From: an uncultured Gammaproteobacteria bacterium
Lineage (GTDB): Bacteria > Patescibacteriota > Microgenomatia > UBA8517
Assembly (NCBI GenBank): GCA_964617045.1
Contig: CAZTVZ010000001.1
Location: 136,763-200,762, forward strand
DNA: 64,000 nucleotides
Direction of reading: 5' to 3'
The notes below the pieces were generated by a model, which made no database searches, had not been told where the DNA came from, and saw only the letters and a list, made by a program, of their open reading frames with translations. Of the stretch, positions 49,127-59,509 are shown one piece after another (the first letter of the stretch is position 1; each line of letters begins with the position of its first letter). Both the position numbers and the translations under genes were made by a program.

Positions 49127-50929
49127 TTACGGCACAACTTCCTTCCAGCGCATTCTTGTCTGCTGGAATATCGAAGGGAACAACTGGACAATTTCGGGGG
49201 CATAATTGAATACTTCTGCCGGAGTGAACGAATTGTCGACCAAATCCCTTTCAAGAGTTATCCCCCCGTTTGCAACCATTGATCCTCTTACAACAAGCTG
49301 AGTATCCCCCGCACCCGTTGATATTTCCGATTCAGCAAAATATATACCATCCAAGTTGGTGACAAGATCATCAATAAAGATGTACCCGCTAGTACCGGTT
49401 ACATCTTTACCCGCAGTAATCATGAAAAATCCGTTTCCGGGACTAAGGATTTCCACATTTCCGTTTAAGTATATGTTTGCCGATTCCGCAAGCACTACCA
49501 CTTTTCTGTCTCCAGATATGTCTATGTCTCCATTAATCGTAAGACTGGATAAATTGGTTCCGTCAAAATGGTAATAATAATATCCCCTGTAGAGAGTGCC
49601 TCCCGATTCAAAAACCGATCCGTCAACAACCGATGTCGATATCTCTTCGGGTACTAGGCTGTTAGGAATCTGTGAGGAAAAATACGAATAATCGATCATT
49701 TTCCCCTGGAAGGATGTGTTTGCGATCCAATTATTGGGGCTGCTGGCAGCCATACCAAGTCCGCTTCCAGAAAGAAAATCATATCCAGAAAGATATACAG
49801 CAACACCAGGATATCCACCCGGACCATTCAGTCCAAAAACAGGATTACATGTAGGTAGTGTGCACGTGCCGGGAATGTATGAATACAAATTTGCGGCAGA
49901 ATATACATCGGAATTAACAACTTGCCACCAAGCACCCGGTGTACCTACAACAACAGAAGCGGTCGAAGAACAGTTTCCACCGTCATTCATGCTCACATAT
50001 GCGCTAATTGTTGTCGTGCCAATGGAATTGGTGGTTACAGTTGAAGAATAGCTGGGAGTGTAGTCAATGGTTGGGTCTACACTGGCCACGCCGTCATTAA
50101 TAGAATCAAAAACAACGGAGTTAACGGTACCCGAAATTACATTTACAGAAGCAGTTAACATCCCCGTTGATTCCAAAGCAATGTTTTGTGTAGAAGGAAG
50201 AAGAGAAACCGAACACTGTCCAGGTGTGGTTCCCCCACCCCCATCGTCTCCACCACCTACGCAAGAAGTGCCGCAGGAAGGATCGGGATTGGAACAATTA
50301 ACACCGCAAGGATTTTCAATACTATCACAATTAGTTGTTATCCTTATTGGACGCTGGCACGGACTACATCCCAACTGACCACAACGTCCATCGGTAATAT
50401 ATTGATAAATACATCCATTAACACCCGGCGTACATGCTGAACCTGGTCTGTCGACACATGCAACATCATTGTTGCACTGAGTAACGGGATATGAATAACA
50501 ATTAGTAGTTGTTCCGGTTTTAACATAACGACAAAAAACTTCATAACTCCCACATCTATCCTGTCCACAGAAAAGAGGCGCATCCCCACATAACCACTCA
50601 CACGCTGTCGGGGTTGTGGTTGCCGTGGGTGGAGGGGTTGATGTGCTGGTGGGACATGTTGTACAGATACCCCCGTTAACAGTTTTCGTACAACCGCATG
50701 GGCATTGATTTTGCATTGTTTGTGAACAATACGGATCGATACCTCCACACATAGTATTATTGCTACATTCATCGTATGTAGATGAACAATGGGGGGGTGA
50801 AGCAACTGTTGAACAAATATTGCCAATACACACCTTGCATGGATCGGTTATTATCGCATTTACTGGTTTAACACCAATCATAATTAATCCGAAAAGGGCA
50901 ACGAAAATAATTATTAGTTTTTTAATCAT
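49127..50929 (-). CDS. Secreted cysteine-rich surface protein with Ig-like domain
   Basis: Signal peptide, Cys-dense region of about 200 aa, Gly linker, Big_2-like segment, C-terminal AWWQV...WKEV domain. Confidence 0.85.
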   Translation of the reverse strand: MIKKLIIIFVALFGLIMIGVKPVNAIITDPCKVCIGNICSTVASPPHCSSTYDECSNNTMCGGIDPYCSQTMQNQCPCGCTKTVNGGICTTCPTSTSTPPPTATTTPTACEWLCGDAPLFCGQDRCGSYEVFCRYVKTGTTTNCYSYPVTQCNNDVACVDRPGSACTPGVNGCIYQYITDGRCGQLGCSPCQRPIRITTNCDSIENPCGVNCSNPDPSCGTSCVGGGDDGGGGTTPGQCSVSLLPSTQNIALESTGMLTASVNVISGTVNSVVFDSINDGVASVDPTIDYTPSYSSTVTTNSIGTTTISAYVSMNDGGNCSSTASVVVGTPGAWWQVVNSDVYSAANLYSYIPGTCTLPTCNPVFGLNGPGGYPGVAVYLSGYDFLSGSGLGMAASSPNNWIANTSFQGKMIDYSYFSSQIPNSLVPEEISTSVVDGSVFESGGTLYRGYYYYHFDGTNLSSLTINGDIDISGDRKVVVLAESANIYLNGNVEILSPGNGFFMITAGKDVTGTSGYIFIDDLVTNLDGIYFAESEISTGAGDTQLVVRGSMVANGGITLERDLVDNSFTPAEVFNYAPEIVQLFPSIFQQTRMRWKEVVP

Positions 50930-50932
50930 CTT

Positions 50933-52450
50933 TTAGTATTCTCCTGATTTGGGGTTTTCCTTTACTACTGGGATAAATAAACTACCTGCTGCCTCTATCC
51001 CTGATTCGTCAAAAAAATATAAGTCTTCAATTTTACTTTGAGCCTCCAACGACGCCAAATTTTGTGGTTGTGTAATGTTGGCATATACTGGAGGCCATAC
51101 TATTCTTTCTTCAATCAAACGGTCAATGTCACCAGCCAAATCATACCACTTATTTTTTTCTCCTATTGTTGTAACTTCTTTTGTGTAAATTTCTAAGTTT
51201 TCCATTTTTTCTCCCACAATTCGTCTAATTACATAATGATTTTGACTATTAACGTCCCTAATTCTTAATAACAAAGAGTAGCTTTCTTTAGTTCCCGGTA
51301 AATCAACAACGCCCACGAAGTCTCCAGTTGTCATGCCTAGATAAATCCCCCTGTGAACAAGCAAGTCTCTTCCATAAACACTGGTTGTGTGGGTTTTTTC
51401 CTTCAAATACTGCACAGCCGCTGGGCTTGAATTATACCAAATACCATACATTTCCCCTTTTACGTGAATATTTCGAAATTCCAACGAACCAATATCCGGG
51501 TCACCAATGATGTTCATTATCTCCGTAATAGTTAGGATACATTTCTGCTTATCAATAGCTGTGTGTTTCAAATAGTTGAAGAATATCTCGTCTTTATCCA
51601 TTTTTTCCAATCCTTCAACTCCTTTTTCTTTTAAGTAATCCATTCTTATCTTGTCCATAAATTTCTGGAACTCCTCGTCCATACTTTGATCTTCCGGATT
51701 ATTTACAAAGTAGTTTTTGAATTTCTCCGGCCAAGAATCAATATTGTTGGGATTTCCCGTATAGATTTCCGGTGTCGGCGACGGTTCGGGTATTTCGGTG
51801 GGAGTACTTGTAGGTTCAATGGTAATCGTAGGTTTTTCTATTGTTGCTGAAGCAACCGGTTTTTCCGATGGAGGTGTTGGTTCAATTGGTTTAGCAACCA
51901 CCGGTGAACATGCAGTGAGTAACAATAAAGCAAGAGGCATTCTTTTAAAATGATCTCTTGAAAAATTTTTCCCTGAAAAAATATCAGTTAGAGTCAGGTC
52001 CCGTGCATTTCCTTTTATTTTTTGAGACGATCTCGTGAGAATATTGTGCGTTTCTTTTTCGGCTTCTTTGAGTTTTTTGCCGGCTGCAAGTTTTACCGTC
52101 CATGGTACTTCATCCATTCTTCTGACAAGTTCCAGCTTGGCAGACAATAATCCCAAACCTTCCAAAACACTGGTTGCAGGCGTGTTTTCGTCGATTTTTT
52201 CAGGCAATGGATGGTTTGTACTTAATTCATATATCGGACCTTTACCGAAATTCGTTGATATCCTGGCCTCAACTTTTCCATGTTCCTCTGGAGTCATTAG
52301 AGAAATCGTGGACAACCAGCTTTCCAAATTGTTACCCCCTCTCCCTTCTTGCTTCAATGCATTTTTTACCCCGTGAACATACATATCCATTGTGGGATAG
52401 GGATATGTATACGCTTCTTCTTGGGTTGATATTAGTCTTTCTTCTCTCAT
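50933..52450 (-). CDS. Hypothetical protein with internal lipobox-like segment and P/T linker
   Basis: LALLLLTACS followed by PTPPSE...PSPTPE. Confidence 0.7.
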   Translation of the reverse strand: MREERLISTQEEAYTYPYPTMDMYVHGVKNALKQEGRGGNNLESWLSTISLMTPEEHGKVEARISTNFGKGPIYELSTNHPLPEKIDENTPATSVLEGLGLLSAKLELVRRMDEVPWTVKLAAGKKLKEAEKETHNILTRSSQKIKGNARDLTLTDIFSGKNFSRDHFKRMPLALLLLTACSPVVAKPIEPTPPSEKPVASATIEKPTITIEPTSTPTEIPEPSPTPEIYTGNPNNIDSWPEKFKNYFVNNPEDQSMDEEFQKFMDKIRMDYLKEKGVEGLEKMDKDEIFFNYLKHTAIDKQKCILTITEIMNIIGDPDIGSLEFRNIHVKGEMYGIWYNSSPAAVQYLKEKTHTTSVYGRDLLVHRGIYLGMTTGDFVGVVDLPGTKESYSLLLRIRDVNSQNHYVIRRIVGEKMENLEIYTKEVTTIGEKNKWYDLAGDIDRLIEERIVWPPVYANITQPQNLASLEAQSKIEDLYFFDESGIEAAGSLFIPVVKENPKSGEY

Positions 52451-52454
52451 CGGT

Positions 52455-53018
52455 TTATTCCAGCACTCCTACTGCAGTGGCAAAAATGTGATATTTCGGA
52501 TCATCCAATACTGCCCAGTTTCCTTCAAAAAGTTCCTTCGTCTTTCCCAGATACCATGTTTCATAAGAATTTAATTGTGTAAGCCCAAAACCAACCCACG
52601 CTTCCATAATAGTACCTGGCTTTAATTTGCTCACTACCGTTTCAAGATCGTTAAACACATATTTGGGATGTGTATTAAAACTATCCTCATATGAATAGAA
52701 TGGCATACCCGTCGGTGCTTCTTTGGTGGTTGCCAACATTATTCTCATTTTTCTCTGTTGTGCATCACCGTTAATTACAAACTCGCTTTCGTAATTATTC
52801 AGATCGTTAAATCGGAATTCTTTTATTAGAGTACCCGATATCTTGTAGAATCCTCCCTCACTTTTTATCGGAACTGTATCAATCTGTTGGGTGTTTTGGA
52901 TATTGGGAACCAGGTTTTTAATAAACTCAGTATTTTTATCCTTATACAAGAAGAAATATGTAAGGGCAGATAAGATTACCAACACTATTGCCACAATTGG
53001 TATTATCTTTTTAAGCAT
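52455..53018 (-). CDS. Hypothetical membrane-anchored protein
   Basis: Start at MLKKIIPIV avoids overlap with the divergent gene. Confidence 0.65.
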   Translation of the reverse strand: MLKKIIPIVAIVLVILSALTYFFLYKDKNTEFIKNLVPNIQNTQQIDTVPIKSEGGFYKISGTLIKEFRFNDLNNYESEFVINGDAQQRKMRIMLATTKEAPTGMPFYSYEDSFNTHPKYVFNDLETVVSKLKPGTIMEAWVGFGLTQLNSYETWYLGKTKELFEGNWAVLDDPKYHIFATAVGVLE

Positions 53019-53102
53019 TCTATATAAATATATACTCTCTGCCGAGGTATATTCAAGCTCTGTGTGCTTGCCATGCTTTGTCTTAATAAATATACTTAGA
53101 TC

Positions 53103-53696
53103 ATGGATCAGGAAAATACAAATTATCGCGTTGTCCAAACCATATCCACTCCTCCGGAAAACAAAACCAGAACATTGTTGATTATCGGTATTGCGATCAT
53201 TGTTTTGTTTGTCGCAGGTGAAGCGGGATATTATTTTTACAACAAACAAATGCTGGATAAACAACAGCAAATACAAGAGGATGCCAATGAAGAATCAATT
53301 TTTGCTGTTGATCAAATAGTCGATAAATCTTCGTCAATCATAGATCAAATTAATGTATCTGCAGGAAGCGGACTTCTAAAGCAGGCGAATATCGAAAGAG
53401 TGATTGCGGGTACTGTTGAGGAAATATCTGCAAGCTCTGTTGTCCTTGATAATTATGTTGGTAAAACCGCAATTGTAATTAGGGGGGTTGAGGGTAAATC
53501 AATGAGAATTCATTTCTCAGAATCCGAAATTCAAAAAATGAAAATTAATCAAACAAACCCGGACGGAACGCCACAACAGGTTAATATTGAGGAGATTAAT
53601 GTCGGAGACTATATAAACATATATATAAAAGACAATCTACTTAATCCCAATCTTGATAGCGTCGTCACGATAAGCATTACCAGATCCCAACAGTAA
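53103..53696 (+). CDS. Hypothetical single-pass membrane protein
   Basis: TM plus OB-like tail (EEINVGDYINI). Confidence 0.7.
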   Translation: MDQENTNYRVVQTISTPPENKTRTLLIIGIAIIVLFVAGEAGYYFYNKQMLDKQQQIQEDANEESIFAVDQIVDKSSSIIDQINVSAGSGLLKQANIERVIAGTVEEISASSVVLDNYVGKTAIVIRGVEGKSMRIHFSESEIQKMKINQTNPDGTPQQVNIEEINVGDYINIYIKDNLLNPNLDSVVTISITRSQQ

Positions 53697-54731
53697 AAAG
53701 AAAAGCCACAAAAACAAAGGGATATTGTAAGTTATATCAAACATAAAAGAAGTTAATAACCCAATAATAAGAAGTTGTTTTAATTGTGGTTTTTTTTGCA
53801 CTCCAAGCAATTCTTTCGAACACATCTTTACAAAAAACAAGAATGCAAAGATCGACATAATCCCCATTCCACTTAAAAGTTCAAAAGGAATACTGTGGGT
53901 CATTTCCGAAAATCCTCCGAAAAGAGGAATGCTTTTTTCGAAAGTTTGGGATATGTATCCAAAATTACCCATTCCTATGCCGAAAATGTGTTTCGGAAAA
54001 GATACAATCGATTGAAGAATGTAAGGTCTATCAAGAAGTATTGTTCTCTGTCTCGATATTGCTACAAACAATATTGCTGTTATCAACAATATAACCAATG
54101 TTGAGATAATTTTTGACCTATTTTTGAACCTTGAAAGGAAGTAGATAAATACAGGTACCAAAAGCGAGACAACGGCCGTTCTTGAGCCAGAAATGTAAAT
54201 CGTCAACAAGCCAATGGCAATGGCTGATAAAAGTATTATTTTATTCTTAATAGATATTCCCCTGCCCATTGCAAAGATTGGTATTAAAAGGGTTATGCTC
54301 CACAAATCCCCCAGATGGTGGTGTTTGGAGTTCATTGGCGCAATTAATCCCAAATGGGTATTCCGAATTATTCCCCAATTATTTTGGACGTATGCAAGTA
54401 GCGTGTAAAGTGTAGTCAGAATTACAATCAACCTCACCATTTTTAACGAAGATTCGTTAGAGGAATATATCCACAATAATATTCCGGAAAGAAAAAGACA
54501 GAAAACATTAAACGAATTAGATAAATTGACCGACCAAATCATGCTAATTGCTAGAGAAAAAAGAAACAGTGCCGACAAACCAATGTGTTTTGGTAATAAT
54601 ATTTTCCCGTTTTTAATATAGACCGAAAAAAGAAGCATTAAGGAAAGAATAATGACTAAATATATTGTCTCGTTAACATAGATTCCAATGCCGCCCAGAA
54701 GAAGTATCAAAAATACCGAAATATTTATCAT
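53637..54731 (-). CDS. O-antigen ligase/polymerase-like membrane protein
   Basis: Multiple TMs; SGSRTA, GIGMGNF, THSIPFELLSGMG. Confidence 0.75.
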   Translation of the reverse strand: MINISVFLILLLGGIGIYVNETIYLVIILSLMLLFSVYIKNGKILLPKHIGLSALFLFSLAISMIWSVNLSNSFNVFCLFLSGILLWIYSSNESSLKMVRLIVILTTLYTLLAYVQNNWGIIRNTHLGLIAPMNSKHHHLGDLWSITLLIPIFAMGRGISIKNKIILLSAIAIGLLTIYISGSRTAVVSLLVPVFIYFLSRFKNRSKIISTLVILLITAILFVAISRQRTILLDRPYILQSIVSFPKHIFGIGMGNFGYISQTFEKSIPLFGGFSEMTHSIPFELLSGMGIMSIFAFLFFVKMCSKELLGVQKKPQLKQLLIIGLLTSFMFDITYNIPLFLWLFFLLLGSGNAYRDDAIKIGIK

Positions 54732-54845
54732 AATTAATTGACTACCTACCCAGTTGTAGTATATTTTAATAATAGGATATGGAAAAGAAAAAGAAGTATA
54801 ATAGCCCTAAAATTAAGACCTCAAAAGTTCAACCTATACATTTCT

Positions 54846-56012
54846 ATGGCAAAAACACTTCCACATCAAATTACGAAAACGCAGAGTTCCTCCTTGCATC
54901 ACCAACTTCAATATTCTAACAACATCTCTTTCGGTCTAAGCATGCTTCCTCTTTTTGACCAGAATTCTGTTCTTGAAATTGTAAAGGCAAAAAAATATAA
55001 AATTGACGACATCGTCGTATTTAAAAAAAGAAATCGATTAATCGCTCACCGGTTAATATACATTCCGAAATCGCGCAAATTTTTTATTACAAAAGGCGAC
55101 AACAATCTTCGAAGCGACGGTAAAATATTGCCTGACATGATCCTTGGAAAAGTAAAAAGTGTTAAGGGCAAAACTAAAAATAGCGAAATAGAATCTTTTT
55201 ATCTAACACAATCGCTTCTCTACATGCACCATATTGTTCGCTTTACCGATTTTCTTAACAAGAACAAGATTCCCTACATAATACTCAAAGGTTTACCGAT
55301 ACACCTACGCTACGAAGGTAAAATTCCCAATCGAATATATTTTGACGTGGATTTCTTGATAAATAAAAATTGCTTACGTATTGTTGATAAATATCTCAAA
55401 ACAAATGGTTTTAAAAAAGGCAATGACGGCAAAGACAAAAAGATTAGTGGCGTTCAGCATACCTACATCAATACAAATAAATCCTTTGGCGTTAATTTTG
55501 ATATTCATATTAGTCCGGTTCGGATTTATCGCAAGCTAAATTTATTAAATGTATTTGTTCCTGACAAAGTAAAGATTTCCAATATGCTTTGGGAAGGGTC
55601 GGAAAAGCTTAAAATTTCGGACAAGGAATACACTGTCTTAAATAAAGATACTCAAATTGTTTACCTTCTTCTGCATTTTTTCCAACACAATATGGAGGGA
55701 ATACATCGACTTAATTTTATAAACAATATTGTTACCAAGGGTTCCCGCCCCAACTGGAATCAAATTGCACGAATGATGATAAAGTATTCTCTTTTTTCGC
55801 TATGTTATCCGCCCTTAAAAATGTTGGAAAAATATTATGGTTTTTGTGCTCCTCGAAAGTTTTTTTCATTCTTTAAGAGTTACGAATATTTCAAATTCGT
55901 GGGAAATATAATATCCAGATTTTCCAATCCGTTTAACTCAAGCGGTAGATATTTTTCGCTTGCAAAAAGAATGTTTTATTCGATTATTTGCTCACCAATT
56001 TTTTACCGATAA
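54846..56012 (+). CDS. S24/S26 peptidase-like domain fused to an NTP_transf_5 nucleotidyltransferase
   Basis: GLSMLP...DIVVF..IAHR..TKGDNN..D, then ILKGLP...RIYFDVDFLI...FDIH. Confidence 0.85.
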   Translation: MAKTLPHQITKTQSSSLHHQLQYSNNISFGLSMLPLFDQNSVLEIVKAKKYKIDDIVVFKKRNRLIAHRLIYIPKSRKFFITKGDNNLRSDGKILPDMILGKVKSVKGKTKNSEIESFYLTQSLLYMHHIVRFTDFLNKNKIPYIILKGLPIHLRYEGKIPNRIYFDVDFLINKNCLRIVDKYLKTNGFKKGNDGKDKKISGVQHTYINTNKSFGVNFDIHISPVRIYRKLNLLNVFVPDKVKISNMLWEGSEKLKISDKEYTVLNKDTQIVYLLLHFFQHNMEGIHRLNFINNIVTKGSRPNWNQIARMMIKYSLFSLCYPPLKMLEKYYGFCAPRKFFSFFKSYEYFKFVGNIISRFSNPFNSSGRYFSLAKRMFYSIICSPIFYR

Positions 56013-56238
56013 GAATTTCGATATATTTTCCCAGATCATCAGAAGCTTTCTTTCTGTCGACATCATATTTTTCAATTATGTTATCGATAATTTGTTTTAC
56101 TGATTTTTTCTTCTCAATTTCTTCCAAAATAAAATATCCAATTTCGTTAAGTTCGTGCAATTGCTGATTGGAGTTATCATAGGCAACATACGCATTCCCC
56201 AGTTTGTTGATAATTATATCTTTGTTCAGTTTATACAT
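55984..56238 (-). CDS. PqqD-family protein (RiPP recognition element fold)
   Basis: LHELNEIGYFILE...IIEKYDVD..KASDDL..YIEIL. Confidence 0.88.
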   Translation of the reverse strand: MYKLNKDIIINKLGNAYVAYDNSNQQLHELNEIGYFILEEIEKKKSVKQIIDNIIEKYDVDRKKASDDLGKYIEILIGKKLVSK

Positions 56239-57008
56239 TTTACTAATTCCTTATGAATTTCTCTTGGTTTCAAATTGACAAACAAATCATACATTTTTGC
56301 TTTTGACGACAAATCCATGATATTCGACAAAGTCGTTTTATCAAGGTTGCCGTTTGGAGTCCATAAGGAATCAGCAATATTCTTTACCTCTACAAATTGA
56401 TCACTGATTATTTTTGATTGGCACTTTTTGCTTTTATGTATTCGCAACAAGACAATTTTACTTGAATGTTTTTTAACAGGATACTTAGTTTTTTCCAAGA
56501 AAGGTGTTGAATATATGGTCCAAAAACCATTGATCTTTCGGAGGATAACCGCGTCGTCAGCGATAATATTGTAACCAATCTTATGCAAATTTTTTGCAAT
56601 AGTAGATTTCCCACCACCAGATTTTGCAATAAAGACATATGCATTTCCATTTCTATTCATTACCGCAGATGCATGAAACAACAGCGAATCAGATCTTTGC
56701 TTCTCCAGGAGAATATCTCTAAGTATCAAATCGATATCCAAGGCGGAAGATGAATATGCAAGTTCATATTTGTTTCCCAGTTTACGATATTTATTAAGAT
56801 AATAATCATTATTTTTGCGGAATATTTTATATGCGAAATCTCTTACAACGATCGTCTTATCTATTTTCTTCTTATTGATCTTGAATTTACCCCAATACTT
56901 ATTGAGATTATTAATAAATATTTCTTGTTCAACAACATTCTTCGTTGTTTTTAGGCTAAATTGAATCACTACTCCAGCTATCTCAAAATATATATTACCA
57001 ATTTTCAT
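56226..57008 (-). CDS. HprK-related P-loop kinase
   Basis: FHASAV, AKSGGGKST, IADD, STPF. Confidence 0.8.
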   Translation of the reverse strand: MKIGNIYFEIAGVVIQFSLKTTKNVVEQEIFINNLNKYWGKFKINKKKIDKTIVVRDFAYKIFRKNNDYYLNKYRKLGNKYELAYSSSALDIDLILRDILLEKQRSDSLLFHASAVMNRNGNAYVFIAKSGGGKSTIAKNLHKIGYNIIADDAVILRKINGFWTIYSTPFLEKTKYPVKKHSSKIVLLRIHKSKKCQSKIISDQFVEVKNIADSLWTPNGNLDKTTLSNIMDLSSKAKMYDLFVNLKPREIHKELVKCIN

Positions 57009-58107
57009 TAATTATTTTGCAAACATCATTGATACTTTTATTGGTTAAAGTGCTATATGAAGGTAACAATAACCCTTTTTCAAAAAAATGTTCCGCATTT
57101 GGATATTTTTCTTTTTTATAATCTTCTTCATATAATTTTTGCAGATGCACAGGCCTAAAGAATCTTCTATTGTCTACTCCATTTTGTGTTAACAGTCTTT
57201 CCATTTTTTCTCTTTTTGTCTGATTATCAAATAATACTGCAGGGAACCAGTAATTGGGGTTTTGGGATTTTATCGGCTGGATAAAGCTGATTCCTTCAAC
57301 AAGCAGTTTCTTTTCCCACTCCCGATATACTCTTTTTCGCTCGGACAGGAGATGTTTAAATTTATTAAGCTGTGATAATCCCAATGCGGCTTGCAAACCC
57401 GTCATAACCAAGTTATATGCCATCATCTTATGGCTAAAGTGTTCTTCCTTATTAAAGTCGAAGAACGATATTTTCTTAATTTTATTTATGTAATCTTCAT
57501 TATTACTTGCGACAAACCCTCCGTTACCTGTCGTAATTATTTTATTAGCATATAAAGAAAAGCACGAAAGATCACCAAGGCTTCCCAATTTCGAACCTTT
57601 ATACTTTGATCCCATTGCTTCTGCCGCATCTTCGATCACAAATATATTATTAGATTTTGCAATTTTGGTAATTTCATCCATAGCGCAAGGATAACCATAA
57701 AGATGTACGGGAATAACTGCTTTCGTTTTTTTTGAAATCTTTTTTTGAAATTCATCTACGGACATATTCCAATCATTTTTGGATGTTGAATCAATAAGCA
57801 CCGGCGTAGCACCGGTCCACTTTACCGCATTGACAGTTGCTATCATCGTCAATGTCGGAATTATCACTTCGTCACCTTGTCCTATTCCCAAAGATTTCAG
57901 TGCTAAAAATATTGCGGAGGTTCCGCTATTAACTGCAGCTCCATGTTTTGTACCTGCGACCAAAGAAGAAAATCTTTTTTCGAATTTTGCGACGTAAGGA
58001 GATTTGCTGCTAATCCATGATGAATCGAAACATTTTAGAATCTCTCTTCTATCCTCTCGGGTTAAAGTCGGTTTGGATATTGGAATATTAAACTTTTTCA
58101 TCTCCAA
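56995..58107 (-). CDS. DegT-family aminotransferase (perosamine synthetase-like)
   Basis: NSGTSA, PVHLYG, IEDAAEAMG, SLYANKIITTGNGG. Confidence 0.9.
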   Translation of the reverse strand: MEMKKFNIPISKPTLTREDRREILKCFDSSWISSKSPYVAKFEKRFSSLVAGTKHGAAVNSGTSAIFLALKSLGIGQGDEVIIPTLTMIATVNAVKWTGATPVLIDSTSKNDWNMSVDEFQKKISKKTKAVIPVHLYGYPCAMDEITKIAKSNNIFVIEDAAEAMGSKYKGSKLGSLGDLSCFSLYANKIITTGNGGFVASNNEDYINKIKKISFFDFNKEEHFSHKMMAYNLVMTGLQAALGLSQLNKFKHLLSERKRVYREWEKKLLVEGISFIQPIKSQNPNYWFPAVLFDNQTKREKMERLLTQNGVDNRRFFRPVHLQKLYEEDYKKEKYPNAEHFFEKGLLLPSYSTLTNKSINDVCKIINENW

Positions 58108-58789
58108 TATTTAATGCCAATTTAATAGAAATTCCAATGTAGTTAACAAACATTTTTATTAAATTCGATTTACTTTTCCCATACCTTCTGTCAGGAGATA
58201 CATAAGGTACTTGAGTTATCTTTCCCTTGTTTCTTTTTACACCCATCAGCATTCTGAGATGATATTCCCCGTAACCCCTATAAACATGGTCGAAATTCAA
58301 TTTTCTTAGCACTTCTTTTTTTATTACATAGAAACCGCTCATGTTGTCCATAACGGGAAATCCAAGTATCTTATTAAGCAACAAATTAAAGGAATAAGTA
58401 AAAGGATATCTTATGTTTCCTTTCATTGCTTTCCTTTGAGCAACAACCAAATCATTTTTACCGATTTTTTCAATCAATTTAGGAATAATCTGGGGAGGAT
58501 GATTAAAATCTGAGTCCATTCCCACAAGGATATCTCCCTTAGCCTTTTCCATTCCATAACGGATAGATTTTGAAAGACCCTTGTCGGTTTTTCTTATAAA
58601 TATTCTTACTCTTTTGTTATTGGCAAATTTTTTTCTTGCATGATACCCGCCCTTGTCCGGACTGTCATCATCGACAACAATAATTTCAAAATCATATCGT
58701 TTTTTTCTCAGTACAATGTTTATTTCCGAAACCAACTCTAGAATATTTTCTTTTTCGTTAAAGGTGGGTATTACTACTGATATTTTCAT
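58088..58789 (-). CDS. GT2 polyprenol-phosphate glycosyltransferase (DPM1-like)
   Basis: VIPTFNE, VDDDSPD, MDSDFNHPP, RRYGKSK. Confidence 0.9.
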   Translation of the reverse strand: MKISVVIPTFNEKENILELVSEINIVLRKKRYDFEIIVVDDDSPDKGGYHARKKFANNKRVRIFIRKTDKGLSKSIRYGMEKAKGDILVGMDSDFNHPPQIIPKLIEKIGKNDLVVAQRKAMKGNIRYPFTYSFNLLLNKILGFPVMDNMSGFYVIKKEVLRKLNFDHVYRGYGEYHLRMLMGVKRNKGKITQVPYVSPDRRYGKSKSNLIKMFVNYIGISIKLALNIGDEKV

Positions 58790-59508
58790 TTCTTTTTAGC
58801 CAAAGCAATTATCGACGATCCCCAAGGAAAGTCAAACCATTTTAGAATATATGCTTCAATTCGCAATAGGAACAACAACAAAATATTTATTGCTGGAATT
58901 ACTTCTTCTACATCCGATCCTTTTGCAACAAACTTATCCAAGACCACTCTTCTTAAAAACACGAGCGGGAATATGAAAAAATATATATATGAAATACGAA
59001 TGACCTGAAAGCCAGATTGTTCAAGCATTGTTCGCATCTCCAAACTCGAAAATCTTCTTACCCCTCCCAAATGCAAATCGTGAGAACTGTATAGACATGA
59101 CATTGCAGAATCGGTAACCAGTATATATCCTCCTTTTTTAATAATTGCTGCAACATTTTTAACTACCTTTTTTGGATCCGGTATATTTTTGTGATACAGA
59201 ACGTCGAACAAGGTAACCAAATCATATTTGTCTTTTATGCCGGACGTTTTATTCGCATCTCCAAGTCTAACTTTTATTTTTCTTTTCAGAGAGTATTTCA
59301 CAGCGCTTATGTCACTATCGATTCCTTCAACAACTCCGTATTTTGAAAGATGTTGAGTCATTCCACCCGTACCACATCCAACATCTAATATCTTTGAAAC
59401 GGAACCTTGGATTGGGTTAATAAATACATCAGCAAACGATCTTTTTGCCAAAAACCAAAAATGTTTGTTTTCGAGAGAAAACATTTTTACGTATTCGTTT
59501 TTATTCAT
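58786..59508 (-). CDS. Class I SAM-dependent methyltransferase
   Basis: HFWF, ILDVGCGTG, FDVLYH, SSHD. Confidence 0.9.
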   Translation of the reverse strand: MNKNEYVKMFSLENKHFWFLAKRSFADVFINPIQGSVSKILDVGCGTGGMTQHLSKYGVVEGIDSDISAVKYSLKRKIKVRLGDANKTSGIKDKYDLVTLFDVLYHKNIPDPKKVVKNVAAIIKKGGYILVTDSAMSCLYSSHDLHLGGVRRFSSLEMRTMLEQSGFQVIRISYIYFFIFPLVFLRRVVLDKFVAKGSDVEEVIPAINILLLFLLRIEAYILKWFDFPWGSSIIALAKKK

Positions 59509-59509
59509 A

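Noticed and set aside
50344-50826. 160 aa alternative-frame ORF as a RiPP precursor
   Set aside because: It is a frame-shifted overlap within the Cys-rich gene; its Val/His richness is a by-product of TGT/ACA codons.
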